NCBI RefSeq assembly: GCF_006345805.1
Contig: NW_021834849.1
Location: forward strand, 1-45,023
Reading direction: 5' to 3'
Source: Octopus sinensis
Lineage: Eukaryota
DNA: 45,023 bases
Shown in pieces: positions 13,648-26,658 of this stretch. A program made the position numbers and the translations under genes. Position 1 is the first letter of the stretch. Every line of letters begins with the position of its first letter. The notes beneath the pieces were generated by a model. It was not told the origin of the DNA, did no database searches, and saw only the letters and a program-made list of their open reading frames with translations.

Positions 13648-16039
13648 CTCACACACACACGTACCAACACACACAGTAAACAGGCATGCAAGTATATACT
13701 TTTTACTTCAGTTGCTTAGCAAATCAGCATTTGCAGAAGTCATGCATATTAATAACAGATTTTATAAAACTTCATTTGCATTATGCATCCTTGCATTCGG
13801 TCAACGCATTAGTTTGTTTCTCTGCGAAATTATGAAATTTAAGTATACATTCATTTCAAATGCCTATGCAAGAAGCAAAATTCGACCCCGATACTTATAT
13901 CCCTCCACACGCTACTCGAAAGCAAAATAAAATGGGGACTCGTTTGATCACAGTCGTACAAGCAAAAAGGAAAGTACAAAATGTCTTGAATAACTGATTG
14001 AAATGTTTAGGTAGAGATTTAGACACTAAACTTTCCTACGTTAAACAAATGTGGACACCTTTTGAAACCACTCGGTCAAATGGAACAAATATTGAGCAAT
14101 TATGCAGGTCAATATATACCAGATGCAAAAGACAAAATTTTGTATTCAAGCATCTTAACGATGGAGTGAATAACATAATTCTAAATATACAGTTTGTAAT
14201 GATTTTTAAAGTATCCTCGATCCGAATCCTACACTTTAGTTTGCTCCACATACATTTGTGGTTAAATTTCTCTTTCATCCTTATTGGTCAAGTACTAATG
14301 TAGACTTCATCGATGAACCCAATTTGTAGCTGTGTACGTATGTTTGAATCAGTATGCGTTTTATCTTGAATGTCTGCCTATGTGTGGGTATAATATTAAA
14401 ATGTGTGTTTGTGTGTATGTTTCCTAAATAGAACTGCTTAAACACGAAATCATTTGAAACTTTACTAATGTATACCGTAATGGCATCTCTACACAGTTTA
14501 AACAATCTAATAAATAGAACAGACAAAGCTGTCGCTATATTGTTTGGTTCACAAATTCATGATTAGAGATAAAAGTTCAGAAATTTTCTGAGTAGAGCAT
14601 GGTCATATGAGTGTAAGTTGATACACAAAATCTGATGGAAATGAGTTTATTTTTTGTGTAGGACATATGTCATCCTGTTAAAGACCACTAGCTAGTCCTT
14701 GGATATCGTAGATGAAGTTCTCTTTTGCGTATGTTCAGGTGAAATCTCCGATCTGATAGCCATAAGACGATACATGGACACAGACAGAGCGATGAAAAGT
14801 AAAAATAAAAGTAACAATAAAAGAGTCCAGCGATTACAACTTACGGATACTTATGTGGTTAAAATTTTAAATGTAAAGATAAACGCAATATACATTCCTA
14901 TAACTGACGTTTGAGTGATTGCGCTCAAGCTGCAAGCAACTCCATCTGTAAAACAGAAATTCGCTCTTTAGGTTTATTGATATAATTTACATTTTAGGTC
15001 CTATTGACAATCGATTTTTTCCATATGTACAGCAGAAACCAAATCATATATGTAGCAATTATTAATGACTTATATTAACGAACTGAGCAAAAACATAATT
15101 GATTTCCAACTGAGCATAATCTGAAACATTGCTGATGCATTTTCGTCTCTTTCGAATTTACTAAGATGAAAAATGCAATATTGACACCAATTGATCTATA
15201 ATACATACTATAGAGATACGAAACTAGATTCTATAATGTATTCAACCAAATAATCTTGGTACCTTCAAACTAACAAATTAAAATAAGGCTCTTAGCAAAA
15301 TATAAGTGACGTTGAATATCAGATCTGATTATATGCGTAATACATCAGTTTCCCCCATTGAACGGGTTAATAAGGTTTGTTGAAGAGTGCTTCCGGAAAA
15401 TATATATAACAGAGCAAAGAGTAGATACGCTGCATTTCCTGCTGGGAAATTGAAAATCCAAATAGTAATTAAGACACTCAGAGGAGATCTCTTGACAATA
15501 GATTAAATGTTCCGTAGCAATAGAGTTAGAAAACTGTGCACGTACGAAGACTAAATGAAAATTATAACAATGTTTGCTTAAGTTTTACGATACCATAAAA
15601 TTTTAGGGAAATAATGTAATGGATTCCATTGACTACAGTGCATGACTGATACTTCTACTATTGATTGATTCGAAAGAGGGTAAGGAAAGACAACCCTCAC
15701 TGTGTTTTATACTAAACACTTATGATATTTAGTTTGTTAATTTACTGTTTCTGAAATCATGCCAAAAATAAGCCAATACGGTAAGAACAGAAATAGAAAA
15801 TACAATTATGACAACAACTATAATAATATCGGATTGTAATTTAGGCACAAGACTAGCAAATTTGGTTATCCCATTAATTGTTTGGTACTTTACTGTAGCG
15901 ACCTTGGAAGGGTGAAAATCGAAATTGTGCATTTCCACCACAGTATAAAAGAGCAGGAATGAATACCACGAGTTAGTTTATTCGACGCTCTAACAATAAG
16001 AACAACAACAATAATACTACCACAACCACCACTAACAAC

Positions 16040-16222
16040 AACAACAATATAATAATAATAATAATTAATAATAATAATATTAAAAATAATAATATGAAAA
16101 ATAATAATAATAATATTAAAAATAATAATAATAATATTAAAAATAATAATAATAATAATAATATTAAAAATAATAATAATAATAATAATAATATTAAAAA
16201 TAATAATAATAATAATAATAAT

Positions 16223-16253
<31 letters not shown>

Positions 16254-16433
16254 ATAATAATAATAATAATAATATAAAAAAAATAATAATAATAATATTA
16301 AAAAAAAATAATAATTATAAAAATGTAACTTTGATGGCCTGCACTGCTCTCTTACTCAATAATAATAAAAAATAATGATACTAATAATAATGATAATTAT
16401 TATTATTATTATTATTATTATTATTGCTATTAC

Positions 16434-16452
<19 letters not shown>
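16040..16452. repeat. (AAT)n array with higher-order units, switching to (ATT)n
   Basis: Seen directly: attaaaaataat(aat)n units up to about 16390, then (att)n. Confidence 0.95.
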
Positions 16453-16470
<18 letters not shown>

Positions 16471-16574
16471 ATTCCTGTTGTTGCTTTTAGACCAAATTTA
16501 ATCTTGACAGCAGCCCTATAAGCTACGGGTTGCGCTGGTCTTATCAGTTTTTATTCAGAAATGAATCGTTAAAA

Positions 16575-16716
16575 TCAAATTCTGCCGACGTCGACAATGC
16601 CTTTCGTCTTTTCGAGGTTAATAAAATATGTAAAAGTTAAACACTGGGGTTGATGTAGTGAACCAGTATCCTTCTCCCAAGTTTCAGGCCTTGTGCCTAT
16701 AATAGAAAATATTATT
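16575..16716 (+). mobile_element. S1-related SINE, 3' portion
   Basis: caaattctgccgacgtcgacaatgcctttcgtcttttcgagg...actggggttgatgta...ggccttgtgcc. Confidence 0.65.
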
Positions 16717-16734
16717 ATCAATTTCGGTATGTAG

Positions 16735-16880
16735 CCAGCATTTTTCGAGAAGGTGGCGTGTTTTTACGGATCCCGAAAGAATGGAAAGCAAAACTGATAT
16801 CGGTGGAATTTGAATTCAGAACATGAACAGGGGAAAGACATACTGCTTGATAATTTTGTCCGACGCTCTAGCCACACTTT
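16735..16880 (-). mobile_element. S1-related SINE, degenerate
   Basis: gatcccgaaagaatggaaagc...cggtggaatttgaattcagaac...gtccgacgctcta. Confidence 0.6.
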
Positions 16881-19800
16881 TATTTGAAAATTACACAAAG
16901 AAATCTAAACAATAGGAATGCTCATAAATTAGAAGCCATGGCAACACATTAAAGCAACACAACAAAATAAACCACAAATGACAAGTATAAATCATAATGA
17001 AAAATATGACACTGATAAAAATAAATACAAAATTATGTTCATCGTACAAATCATAGCGTAAAGTGTCATTTGAATACAATCCACAAGTAATATATATTGT
17101 CCATCTATCGAAAACATATCACAGTACTATTCGAAAAAATATAATGTTTGAATACACAAAAACGAAAACTGTTCATAACAAATTCAATCACAACGAGATA
17201 AAGGAGATATTTTTCCAAGCTAAGAATAAACAAACTTTCCCAGAAAAACAAGTAGCCAAGCTCTCTTCACGAATCAATTTCTAAAGAAATAATATACTTA
17301 AACATCGACGTGCTAAAGAATCTTATTTACCCAGTCTCCTTTCGTTGTGTCGATAGAAAAATAACTTTGACACTATTATTGTAAATCAACCTACTCTGAA
17401 CTTCATCTAAATAACAATGGATGGTAAATACACAAAGCAAGTTAATTGAAATAAATATTAGACATTTTACTTGACAGCAATAACAAGAAACTTTACGGAG
17501 TACGATATTCAAACAAAGCCTTTTCAAGCATAATGAGAAAACATACGCAGTGAAAGCGTGCGACACTATTAAGAGTTACAATGCATAAGAAAATAAAGGG
17601 GAACTGAGAGAAAGAATATTACGATAAGCATAACCCAGCATAACCAACATAAAATTTACAAACATGACCACACCGCTAACCCCTGAAAGTATGTGTGAAT
17701 TGATAAAGTAGTGACATTCTGGTTAAAATAAGCCGATGAAATACTAATGAGGCCAGATCAACATAAGACGTGAAATCAATATTTAATCTCCAAAGCAGAG
17801 CCAATATACCTTTCGATATCCTTTCTATCAACAAAATACTGTTCAGCAACAATATACTTTGATGGGAGCAGAAAGGGAATCGAATGATGTATGGATATAA
17901 AGAGTAACTACTGATAAACAGAACTATTATTATAGTCAGTCGAAAATAGGAACCCAGAGCTTGATATCTCATTGATTAATAACTGAAATTAACTTGACAT
18001 CAAAAGTCTTTCTTGGATACTGGAGACATTACATACATACATACAGATAAGTTCCAACATTAATTCTCTATATCAAGGAAGTCAATTCAAATAAAAAATA
18101 TCGATGGCAAAAACTCTCTATGCTACTACCTTGCTGACACCCTCGGTTTCTCTAACAATAACCTTAAAACAAACGAGCACTGGTTTGCAATCCTCCGTAT
18201 TTCGTGTACAGGATTTAGAACTACAAAGAAGAGAAAGACCATAGTTGGAAATACAAAGGAAATTATACATGCCTTTAATTGTCAATAGTATATATTATTA
18301 TATAAATTCATATATTTATTACTTAAATTAATATGAAATATATTGTGTTATCTTGTAGACATTGAAATTCAAAAGTTTAATGTATCAGCCGTTTATGCTG
18401 TTAATTGTGGATGCGTGAAAAAGAGGAAAAGTGTAATATACAGAAATAAATGAAACAGCTAGAAATATTAAAACTAAAATGAACAGCAGAATTCATTTCC
18501 CCAAATAGACAGGTCATTTCATCAAGTTTGCTGAATTGATGTTTTGATAGAAAACCCATGATCTACTAATATCAATCCGTGTGCACAACCCCTAAATTCA
18601 TACACAGAGATTTGGAATGTCTTGATATAAACTGGAAAATAGGTTACGGTAGCAACTGTGGTCTAAACAATATTTTATGGTATGAGTAAAGGTTGACTGA
18701 AGCTAAATGAACGAATGGAATGGAAAAAAACAATTGTGTTTTTTTTTTTACATAAGGAAAATAAAATCGAAACACCAAAACATTGCAGAGATAAAAGGTG
18801 AGAGACTGATATCATTAACTGATCAGAATCAAGGCCTAACCCCAAAATTATCAAAACATGTAAATATTATGGCCTAGTGTCAAAAACATGTGTAGAAACA
18901 TAAACTACGTAAATGAAGGTAGTTTTAAGCAATAATACATTTACCAATTTAAAAACATTTCATTGTGATAGACAATATATGAATGTACACTATATACACT
19001 ACATGGAACTATAAAATATATTTGACGAATCACCGAAATGAATTCTACCTCCAAAAACAATATTTTACTAAGGTGTACACCAGTTTTTCCAGCAGAAAAT
19101 ATACACAGAAACATGAAAATGACAAAAGAGGACGCATAATATAAACATAAAATGACAAATAATTTAGGAGGGCACGCTCGATAGAATAGACAACGTTTCT
19201 CAGGTATTTTATGAAACTCAGAATTTAACATTATTCATTTCCTCAAATTGTTTTCTTCGGCTCCATAATAATTGCATAACAATACTTTTCCGTAAAAAAG
19301 CCCCTTCAAATTTTAAGAAATTATACTCAAGTTTAATTTTTTAATTTTAGATGAATCTAATTCCAGGATGTTTGTCGAAATATACCCACGACTGGAATTC
19401 AAAATATAGTTCTGAAACTTGGTCTATGGTTTTATCGAATGCATAAAGTAGAATTTGAAGGAACTATTTCTAAAATATAGAGATATTTCGTAGACACAGT
19501 ATCCGAAAACACATCTTATTTAATATATGCTTACAAATTATTTTAACCTAACTTAAATATACAGACACACATAAACAAATATATTGATATATGTGTGTGG
19601 GCATGCACACAAGTATGTATTTAGGTATTTATGAATGTATGTATGTATGTATGTATGTATGTATTCATAAAAACTACATTAGACCTTGGCAACAATTAAG
19701 TAAAATTCATCACTCGAACATTACATAAAAATATATAACTCCCAATTATGAAGTCTAAATATTATCATGATCTTGTAGAAGATTCTGAAGCAGAAAAGAT

Positions 19801-20306
19801 TATCATCAATGTGTTTCTGAGAACAGAAATATAACTGGATAATACTGGGATACATATTTCGGATGCTAGAATGTTCTGGCATGTTCAGGCATTTATAAAA
19901 GTAAATTGTGAATCTATACGTATTGTACATAGAGCTGAAGCTAAATGAAGGATTGGATTTGAAAATGTGATAATACATAAGGAATTTGTTATCAAATATA
20001 GATATCACTGCGCTTTCCCCAAGGGGAAAACACTCTATTAATATTTGCATAATCATGAAGCAATCTATTTTGCATAGACAAGAAGCTACATATTTTGCAT
20101 AAATATGGAGGTACATATTTTGTATATGTTGAATATGAACATATATTGCTTTCCGTGGATACTTTGCTTATTCACGACCAAAGAACATGCTTATATAAAA
20201 CTGTTGAAGTCCATATCATAAATAAATAAATTTTATATCAACGCTTGCGTATAAACACATGTATATATATATACATGTATATAAACACACGTATATAAAT
20301 ATATAT

Positions 20307-20385
<79 letters not shown>

Positions 20386-21000
20386 CATATACATATGTGT
20401 ATGTGTGTGCGTGTGTGCGTCCGTGGATTATGTATATAGACATGCATGTATGCGTACATGCTATAAGTGTGAACAGGTAACTGTTTACTGTATGTGTATA
20501 TATGTATATATATACATGTGTGTGTGTATGTATATGTTTCTGTATGTCTGTGTATATATGTATCTATGTATGTTTGTATACAAGTAGGAAATCATTTTTA
20601 ACGTATATATGTGTGCATACATATATGTCTATGTATGTATTTGCTTGTTTGTATATGTACGTATCAGTTATAATAGAAATATATACTCCCATTTTGTACA
20701 CGTAGATATACATGTCAATGTACAACTTGTTTGAATACATATGTGACTGTGTGTGAGTATGTTCTGTTCCATTCCTGTACCTATACTGTATGGCTTGCAT
20801 GTTTTACTGGTTTACTTTCCCACATACACCTATACTACCCACCTATTTCCTATGTAAAATTAAAAATATATATATATATTGTTTTTCCTCCCCAACGATC
20901 CCCAAACGAGAAAATAAACTTTAAAATATAACAAAAATATAACTTAAAACAGCAAAACAACAGCTCCCCCCTAATACATATCCCTGACCTTTACTTCCAG

Positions 21001-21351
21001 CTCGTTACCCCAAACCCTGCGAAGTGCACAGCTCATTCTACCGGAACGGCAAGCGCGTCGTAAAGAAGACTCTGTACAGTGACGGAGAACAGGTGCGCCC
21101 AGACTGTTCACACTTGTGCACTTGCCAAAATGGTAACTTCGGCTGTGTATCACTATGTCCTCAGGAAGAAAAGAAACCTTCCTTGACACATTGTAAGAAC
21201 CCGCGGTTAGTTACTGTGGCTGGGCAATGCTGTGGTGAATGGTGGTGTGACACGGACAGCAATTACACGAAGACGATCGAAAGCAAAAGCGGAAGCACAA
21301 GCAACGTGGTAGCTTATGATCCCCGACGAGACGGAAGCTATGTGAGACACG
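21001..21351 (+). CDS. Internal exon of a CCN-family (CTGF/CYR61/NOV-like) matricellular protein: VWC domain plus hinge
   Basis: Acceptor cctttacttccag ends at 21000 and donor G|gtaaga starts at 21352. The exon is 351 nt, phase 1-1 and open. It translates to RYPKPCEVHSSFYRNGKRVVKKTLYSDGEQVRPDCSHLCTCQNGNFGCVSLCPQEEKKPSLTHCKNPRLVTVAGQCCGEWWCDTDSNYTKTIESKSGSTSNVVAYDPRRDGSYVRH. The 10 Cys and the CTC-x-xG-xx-GC-xx-LC and C-xx-PR-x-V-xxx-G-x-CC-x-EW-x-C motifs match the CCN-type VWC as I recall it. Confidence 0.88.
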
Positions 21352-21767
21352 GTAAGACACGGAAACAAAAAATTATAATGAATAAAGAAATGCTAAAAAA
21401 AAGAAAAATGTAATGGTGCATTGACACCATCTTGTACCCGTGTGGTTATCGTTAAAATATATGTATATTTTTAAACTTTCATAGTAACATGTCTATTTTT
21501 ATATCTTTTCTTACAACGTCTCTCTCTCTCATTCTGTTTGTCTGTCTGACTATCTCTCTCTCTCTCTCTCTCTCTCTCAATCTAAACTTCTTTTTATTTC
21601 TCTAGATTCTTGTCTCCATAAAGATATATATATATGTACGTGTGGGTGTGAGTATGATGTATGCGTGAATACGTTAGTGGGTGTGTATGTGTGTGTATAT
21701 GCGTGTGAATGTGTAATAACGTGTGTAAGAAAAATAAACATGTATCCTATATATATATATATATATA

Positions 21768-21803
<36 letters not shown>

Positions 21804-22625
21804 TATGTATATAAGAATATACTCACAAAATGTTATTTGTATATATATAATTGTGTGTGCGTATTTGAATAGAGTATATATATATATATGTTTGTGTGTG
21901 CGGGGGAGCATGCGAGAGGGAGAGAGAGAGAGAGTAGGAGGAGGAAAGAGGAAGGGAGAGTGTGACTGAGTGAGTGTGTCAGAGTGTCTAAATCTCACGT
22001 ATACCGTTTTAATCTTTTTTATTACGTTACGTCTTGATAGTACTGTAACCATTAAGTGTCAAAATGTTCGTCCTACTTCTATGATCTAATAACTGCCATA
22101 ATATATATTGGAAGACAACTATAGAACTTACCGGACTTGTCTTTGTTTTGCTGTTCTTTTTTCCATTGATTAAATTATCTTAAAATATACCAATATGAAA
22201 TTTCTTAATTACATTATAGAATTTATAAGTGTGTGATGAATTTCGTTTACGTAACAATCGGACATGTAAAGTAATAATTTTGAGGTCAGCTATACTTAGG
22301 GTAAAATTGCGATATAGGATTTATCACCTGCTTGTGCCCCTTTGAATTCTTGAATTTTTTCCTTCTTTTCACATTCACAGGATATGTACGTATGTATTCA
22401 TATATGAGAGACTTTTATTGTTAGCTATGCGGATTGATTTTTAATTTCAGATTTAATTCCAGGTTCAGCTTCATATTCTAACACACTTTCATTCATTTTT
22501 TTTGTGGTTGATATCACTCTCTAGTAAATTAGCTTACATATTCGCCCTTTTCATTATTGTAATTTTTCCCTTGAGCTGGTAAAATATGAGCTTGGTACGA
22601 TATGTAAGTATAATCATATCTTCTA

Positions 22626-22733
22626 CCTGTTTCAGTCGTTAGACTGCGGCCAGGACGAAGCACCGTCTTCAAGGATTTTAGTGGAACAAATCGACCCCAG
22701 TACATATATTTTCAGCATAGTTCTTATTCTATG
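22626..22733 (-). mobile_element. SINE family S2, 3' fragment
   Basis: tttcagtcgttagactgcggcc...aaatcgaccccag matches the S2 3' end. Confidence 0.65.
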
Positions 22734-22853
22734 TTACGCGGAGGAAAGCACACCAACAGCGATCGTCAAATACAAATAGAGACAAATATAGACACAAAGA
22801 CATACACACATAAACACACACACTCACACACACAAATATATATATATATATAT

Positions 22854-23224
22854 ACTAGCAGTATCGCCCGGCGTTTCTCGGGTATGTTTCGACCTTTTAG
22901 AATTGGAATTTTTGATAAGTAAAACTTTTGCATTATGTAGGTTGTTATGTTTTTTAAGTGAACATTTTTCTGGTTGAAATACACCGAAAAATGGCGACAC
23001 AGCAGTAAAAAAATCGTAAAAATAGGGATTTTCATAGAAAAATAGCACCTTTTTGATGTAAATAATTTTTGGTTTTAACATGGTCTGATTTTAATTTTAT
23101 CTTCTACGGAATGAAGAGTAAGCCTTCTATCATACTTTCAATTTTGGTCAACTTGCCCCGAACGGTCTTGGAGGAGATAGTGTTATTTGAAGGCTACCAA
23201 ACCTGCCATACACCGACAACTTCA

Positions 23225-23236
<12 letters not shown>
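22854..23236 (+). mobile_element. Non-autonomous Helitron/Helentron-associated element (HINE/Lep1-like)
   Basis: Starts t|ACTAGC with the 5' hairpin cccgg-cgtttc-tcggg (22867-22882). Has subterminal cgaacggtcttggaggagat and ends ttcagttttatatata, inserted in a TA run. The architecture matches HINE-type elements as I recall them. Confidence 0.55.
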
Positions 23237-23271
<35 letters not shown>

Positions 23272-23565
23272 ACGACGCCTATGATATCTGAAGCTTCTAC
23301 AATGAATGAGCCTAATGTGTGTCTTACATGACTGTAGCATTTATTTATGATATACACTTAAAGTATATTGTGTGGGGGACAGATATAGCTAGTAGTTTAT
23401 GAATATTTAATAGCAGCAACAAAACAAATTACATGCACGTATGTAAATATAACTTTCAATCTAAAATAGATATATTTTTCTATTGCATAATATCAGTTCT
23501 GCACGTTCACATGTTTTTCTTACAAATTCAATGTAGTAGCAGTTGGTCTCCTTCTGCTGGCTGTT

Positions 23566-23611
<46 letters not shown>

Positions 23612-23793
23612 TTGAACTCGCTATATTATATAAAGGAAAATGGATTAAAAAATCCAATCTAGTACACTGTAGGTATCGAACTCGGCTGACTAAGTTGTCC
23701 AGTGAATCCACACAAGATGTAAATTCTTTTCTTGCATTCTTTCTAATTTGTAAATACTGAGTAAACTCAGTATAAATTCAGTATATATATATA

Positions 23794-23833
<40 letters not shown>

Positions 23834-23855
23834 ATAAATGTGACCTCGTGTGTAC

Positions 23856-24043
23856 CGTTGGCGATTTTTTTCCCTCTGTCTTACCTTCTCTGGATCTTTC
23901 CATCTCCTATGTTTCCGACGAAGAGGTCCGATTGAAACGTTAACCCCCCTCTTTCCTTCTTTCCTGAGCGTCCAATAATACTATATTTGTCCCACGTCCT
24001 CGCGTTGTTGTGTTTTTTTTGTGCTTTCTTGTTTGGATTAACT
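23856..24043 (+). mobile_element. HHR-bearing short repeat, family A copy 3
   Basis: cgttggcgatttt...gtttccgacgaagag...gaaacgtt...gtcctcgcgtt...gtttggattaact is homologous to copy 1. Confidence 0.75.
23911..23944 (+). ncRNA. Hammerhead motif, family A (U4C, eroded stem II)
   Basis: gttt CCGACGA a gagg-tcc-gatt GAA ACGT T aac. Confidence 0.55.
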
Positions 24044-24992
24044 TTATATATATATATATATATATATATTCATTCACACAGTACAATAGAGAAATACAAA
24101 AAAAAAAATGGACATTTATTCTTGATTTTATCAGTTACGTACCTTTCAAATAGAATAGCATACCTCAAAATTCAACAATGCAACATTCATTCACGACTAA
24201 ATCGATCCCATATTTGATCGATTGAAATGTTACAGAGAAAGAGAGAGCAGATTTAGCACCATATTTTTCTCATCGAATCTATATTACCACTGCTTATATT
24301 GCTGATCATTTTAAACGAGTAACTAGTAAATTTGGATCAGCTAAACACTTCACAAATATTTAACCATGTTCGAGTCCCATAAGTCAGAGTGGCTTTTTCC
24401 AGCGCACATTTATCTCCATCCTCCGAAGCAACGACGTCTCTGTTTGGTTTGCTGTGGCCATGAGAAATGTTTATTAATAAAGATATATAAACAAAAGAGA
24501 GAAAAACATCAGAAACTCCGTTGACTGTTAAGTGTAAGTAACTTGGAATTTTTTTTATTCTTACATCAGACGTTCGTGTAGTTGGGTCTGAAATACTCTG
24601 ATAAAGTAAGCAGCTGATTAAGGTATGACAAATGCACAAAAATTTCAAATATAAGCGGAAGAATAAAGGATAGGAATTCGTGCTTATCAGATCATGATAG
24701 AATTGTAATCTAATACGTGGTATGGTCAAGTAGAGCAGGTAGCGAGTAGATGAATTCAAACAGAAATACCGAGCCTCCCTTGACCAGATCGTGAAAAAAG
24801 AAACAATAGGGTATGTAAATATGCACTAATTCTGCGTGGATTAGGAAACGGTGGCGATTGAGATACAATTCTTTTACAACATAATAAGGTATGCTGAAAT
24901 ATAAATCTTTAGTAGACAGATTAATCACATGCAAAACGATTGTAATGTTATCCTTAATAACTTTGCACAAACACACACACACACGCATATTT

Positions 24993-25370
24993 AGGCGTAG
25001 GTGTTAGCTGTGTGATAAGAAGCTTGTTTCTCAACCACAAGATTCAGGGCTTAGTCACACTACGTGTCATTTTGGCTGTGTTTTTCCTACTATCACCTCA
25101 GGTCGACCAAAGCAATATGAATGAATTTTGTAGGCCGATAAAAGCACGCTGTATATATATATGTGTGTGTGTGTGTGTGTAGGTTTGTCCCGCACCATCG
25201 CTTGACAACCGATGTTGGTATGTTTACGTCCCTGTAATATAGCAGTTCGGCAAAAGAACCGATAGAATAAGTACTAACCTTACAAAGAATAACTCCTGCG
25301 GTCGATCTGTTCGAGTAAAGGCAGTGTTTCAGCATGGATGCAGTCAAATTACTGAAGCAAATAAAAGAAT
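24993..25370 (+). mobile_element. SINE family S2, diverged near-full-length copy
   Basis: Collinear with 30416-30825 (aggcgtagg...ggcaaaagaaccgatagaataagtact...cagtcaaattactgaagcaa). Confidence 0.8.
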
Positions 25371-26145
25371 ATATGATAATTTCGTACATGCAATTAATCC
25401 TTTTTTCAGATTGTTACCTATTATCTACGGAAAATCACTGTAAGATACACCTTCATTTAGCAGGAAGGAATATGTGTGCGTGTATACGCGTGCGTGTGTG
25501 TGTATGTATGTGTGTGTGTTGGTATGTGTCTGTGTGTGCATGCTTGTGATGCTCAGAATTCGTTTTTGTTCTAACTGTTGGTCTTGCGTTCATACGCCTC
25601 TATCTTTTCTCTTGTTTCCACTCTACAACTTACGAATAACTAATCTGGCATTAAGTCGGATGACACTCAATTGTTTATAATTTAGGCAAAATGTTTATGT
25701 ACCCAAGCTGTAGTTTGCCACGTCATATTCACTTAAAGAACCTCGACCATATATTCAGCAGGTTTTTGTTATTATTATTCTTTTATATTACAAACTGTCT
25801 TGGATGCTGCGAATTCTACCTACACATTTTTTGTCATTCGCTTCACTCACAAATTTTGATCGAGAGTTTACATTGCATACGCTTCGGAATAGCATATTCG
25901 TCTCCTCTTTGCAGAAAACAGCCATTCTCTACAACTCCATGTTACTTCTCTTCACATTGCTGATGTACTTGGGCATAATTCAAGGAACTTCGATATGTTT
26001 AAAAGATTCACTCTGCATTTGATGACTAGCATACAATCAGAATAATATCGAACGTTGTTCGTTTATCCTTACAAATATTGAATGGTACATGTATGTGTGT
26101 TAGATTGGAGAGGTAGGACAATTATGAATATGTATACGTATACTT

Positions 26146-26480
26146 ATGGCTGCATATTAAAAAGCTTGCTCCACAGCCAAGTGAGTCCCGTTTCATTCCC
26201 ACTACACAAAAGCTTGGGCAGGTGTCTTCTGTTATAGTCCCGAACCAACCTTCTGATTGGGTTTCTTGAAGGAAGCTAAGAGAAGCCCGTCGTATGCTAT
26301 GCTTGTGCGTCTGAGTGTGTGTGCTTTGTTTACCTTAGTGGTTCCGCAAAAAGACACCGATAGAAAAATACCAGACTCCAAAAAGTACTGAGGTTGATTA
26401 CTTCGACTAAAATCCTTCAAGGCGTTGTCTCTTCATGAGCGCAGGCATATAACTGAAAGATAAAAGATAAAAGATAGATA
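26146..26480 (+). mobile_element. SINE family S2, old copy
   Basis: Degenerate but collinear with the S2 head, body and tail (agaagcccgtcgta, ccgcaaaaagacaccgatag, aactgaaagataaaaga). Confidence 0.7.
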
Positions 26481-26614
26481 CTTAGCGGTTCGGCAAAAGA
26501 GACCGAGAGAATAAGTACTGGGCTTACAAAGAATAAGTCCCGGGGTCGATTTGCTCGACTAAAGGCGGTGCTCCAGCATGGCCGCAGTCAAATGACTGAA
26601 ACAAGTAAAAGAGT

Positions 26615-26618
<4 letters not shown>
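26481..26618 (+). mobile_element. SINE family S2, young 5'-truncated copy abutting the older copy's tail
   Basis: Nearly identical to 30678-30815; followed by (TAGA)n. Confidence 0.85.

Positions 26619-26658
<40 letters not shown>

Noticed and set aside
23530-23570. QCSSSWSPSAGC as a possible TSP1 exon
   Set aside because: It lacks WSxCSxxCG, has no acceptor, and runs into (GTA)n.
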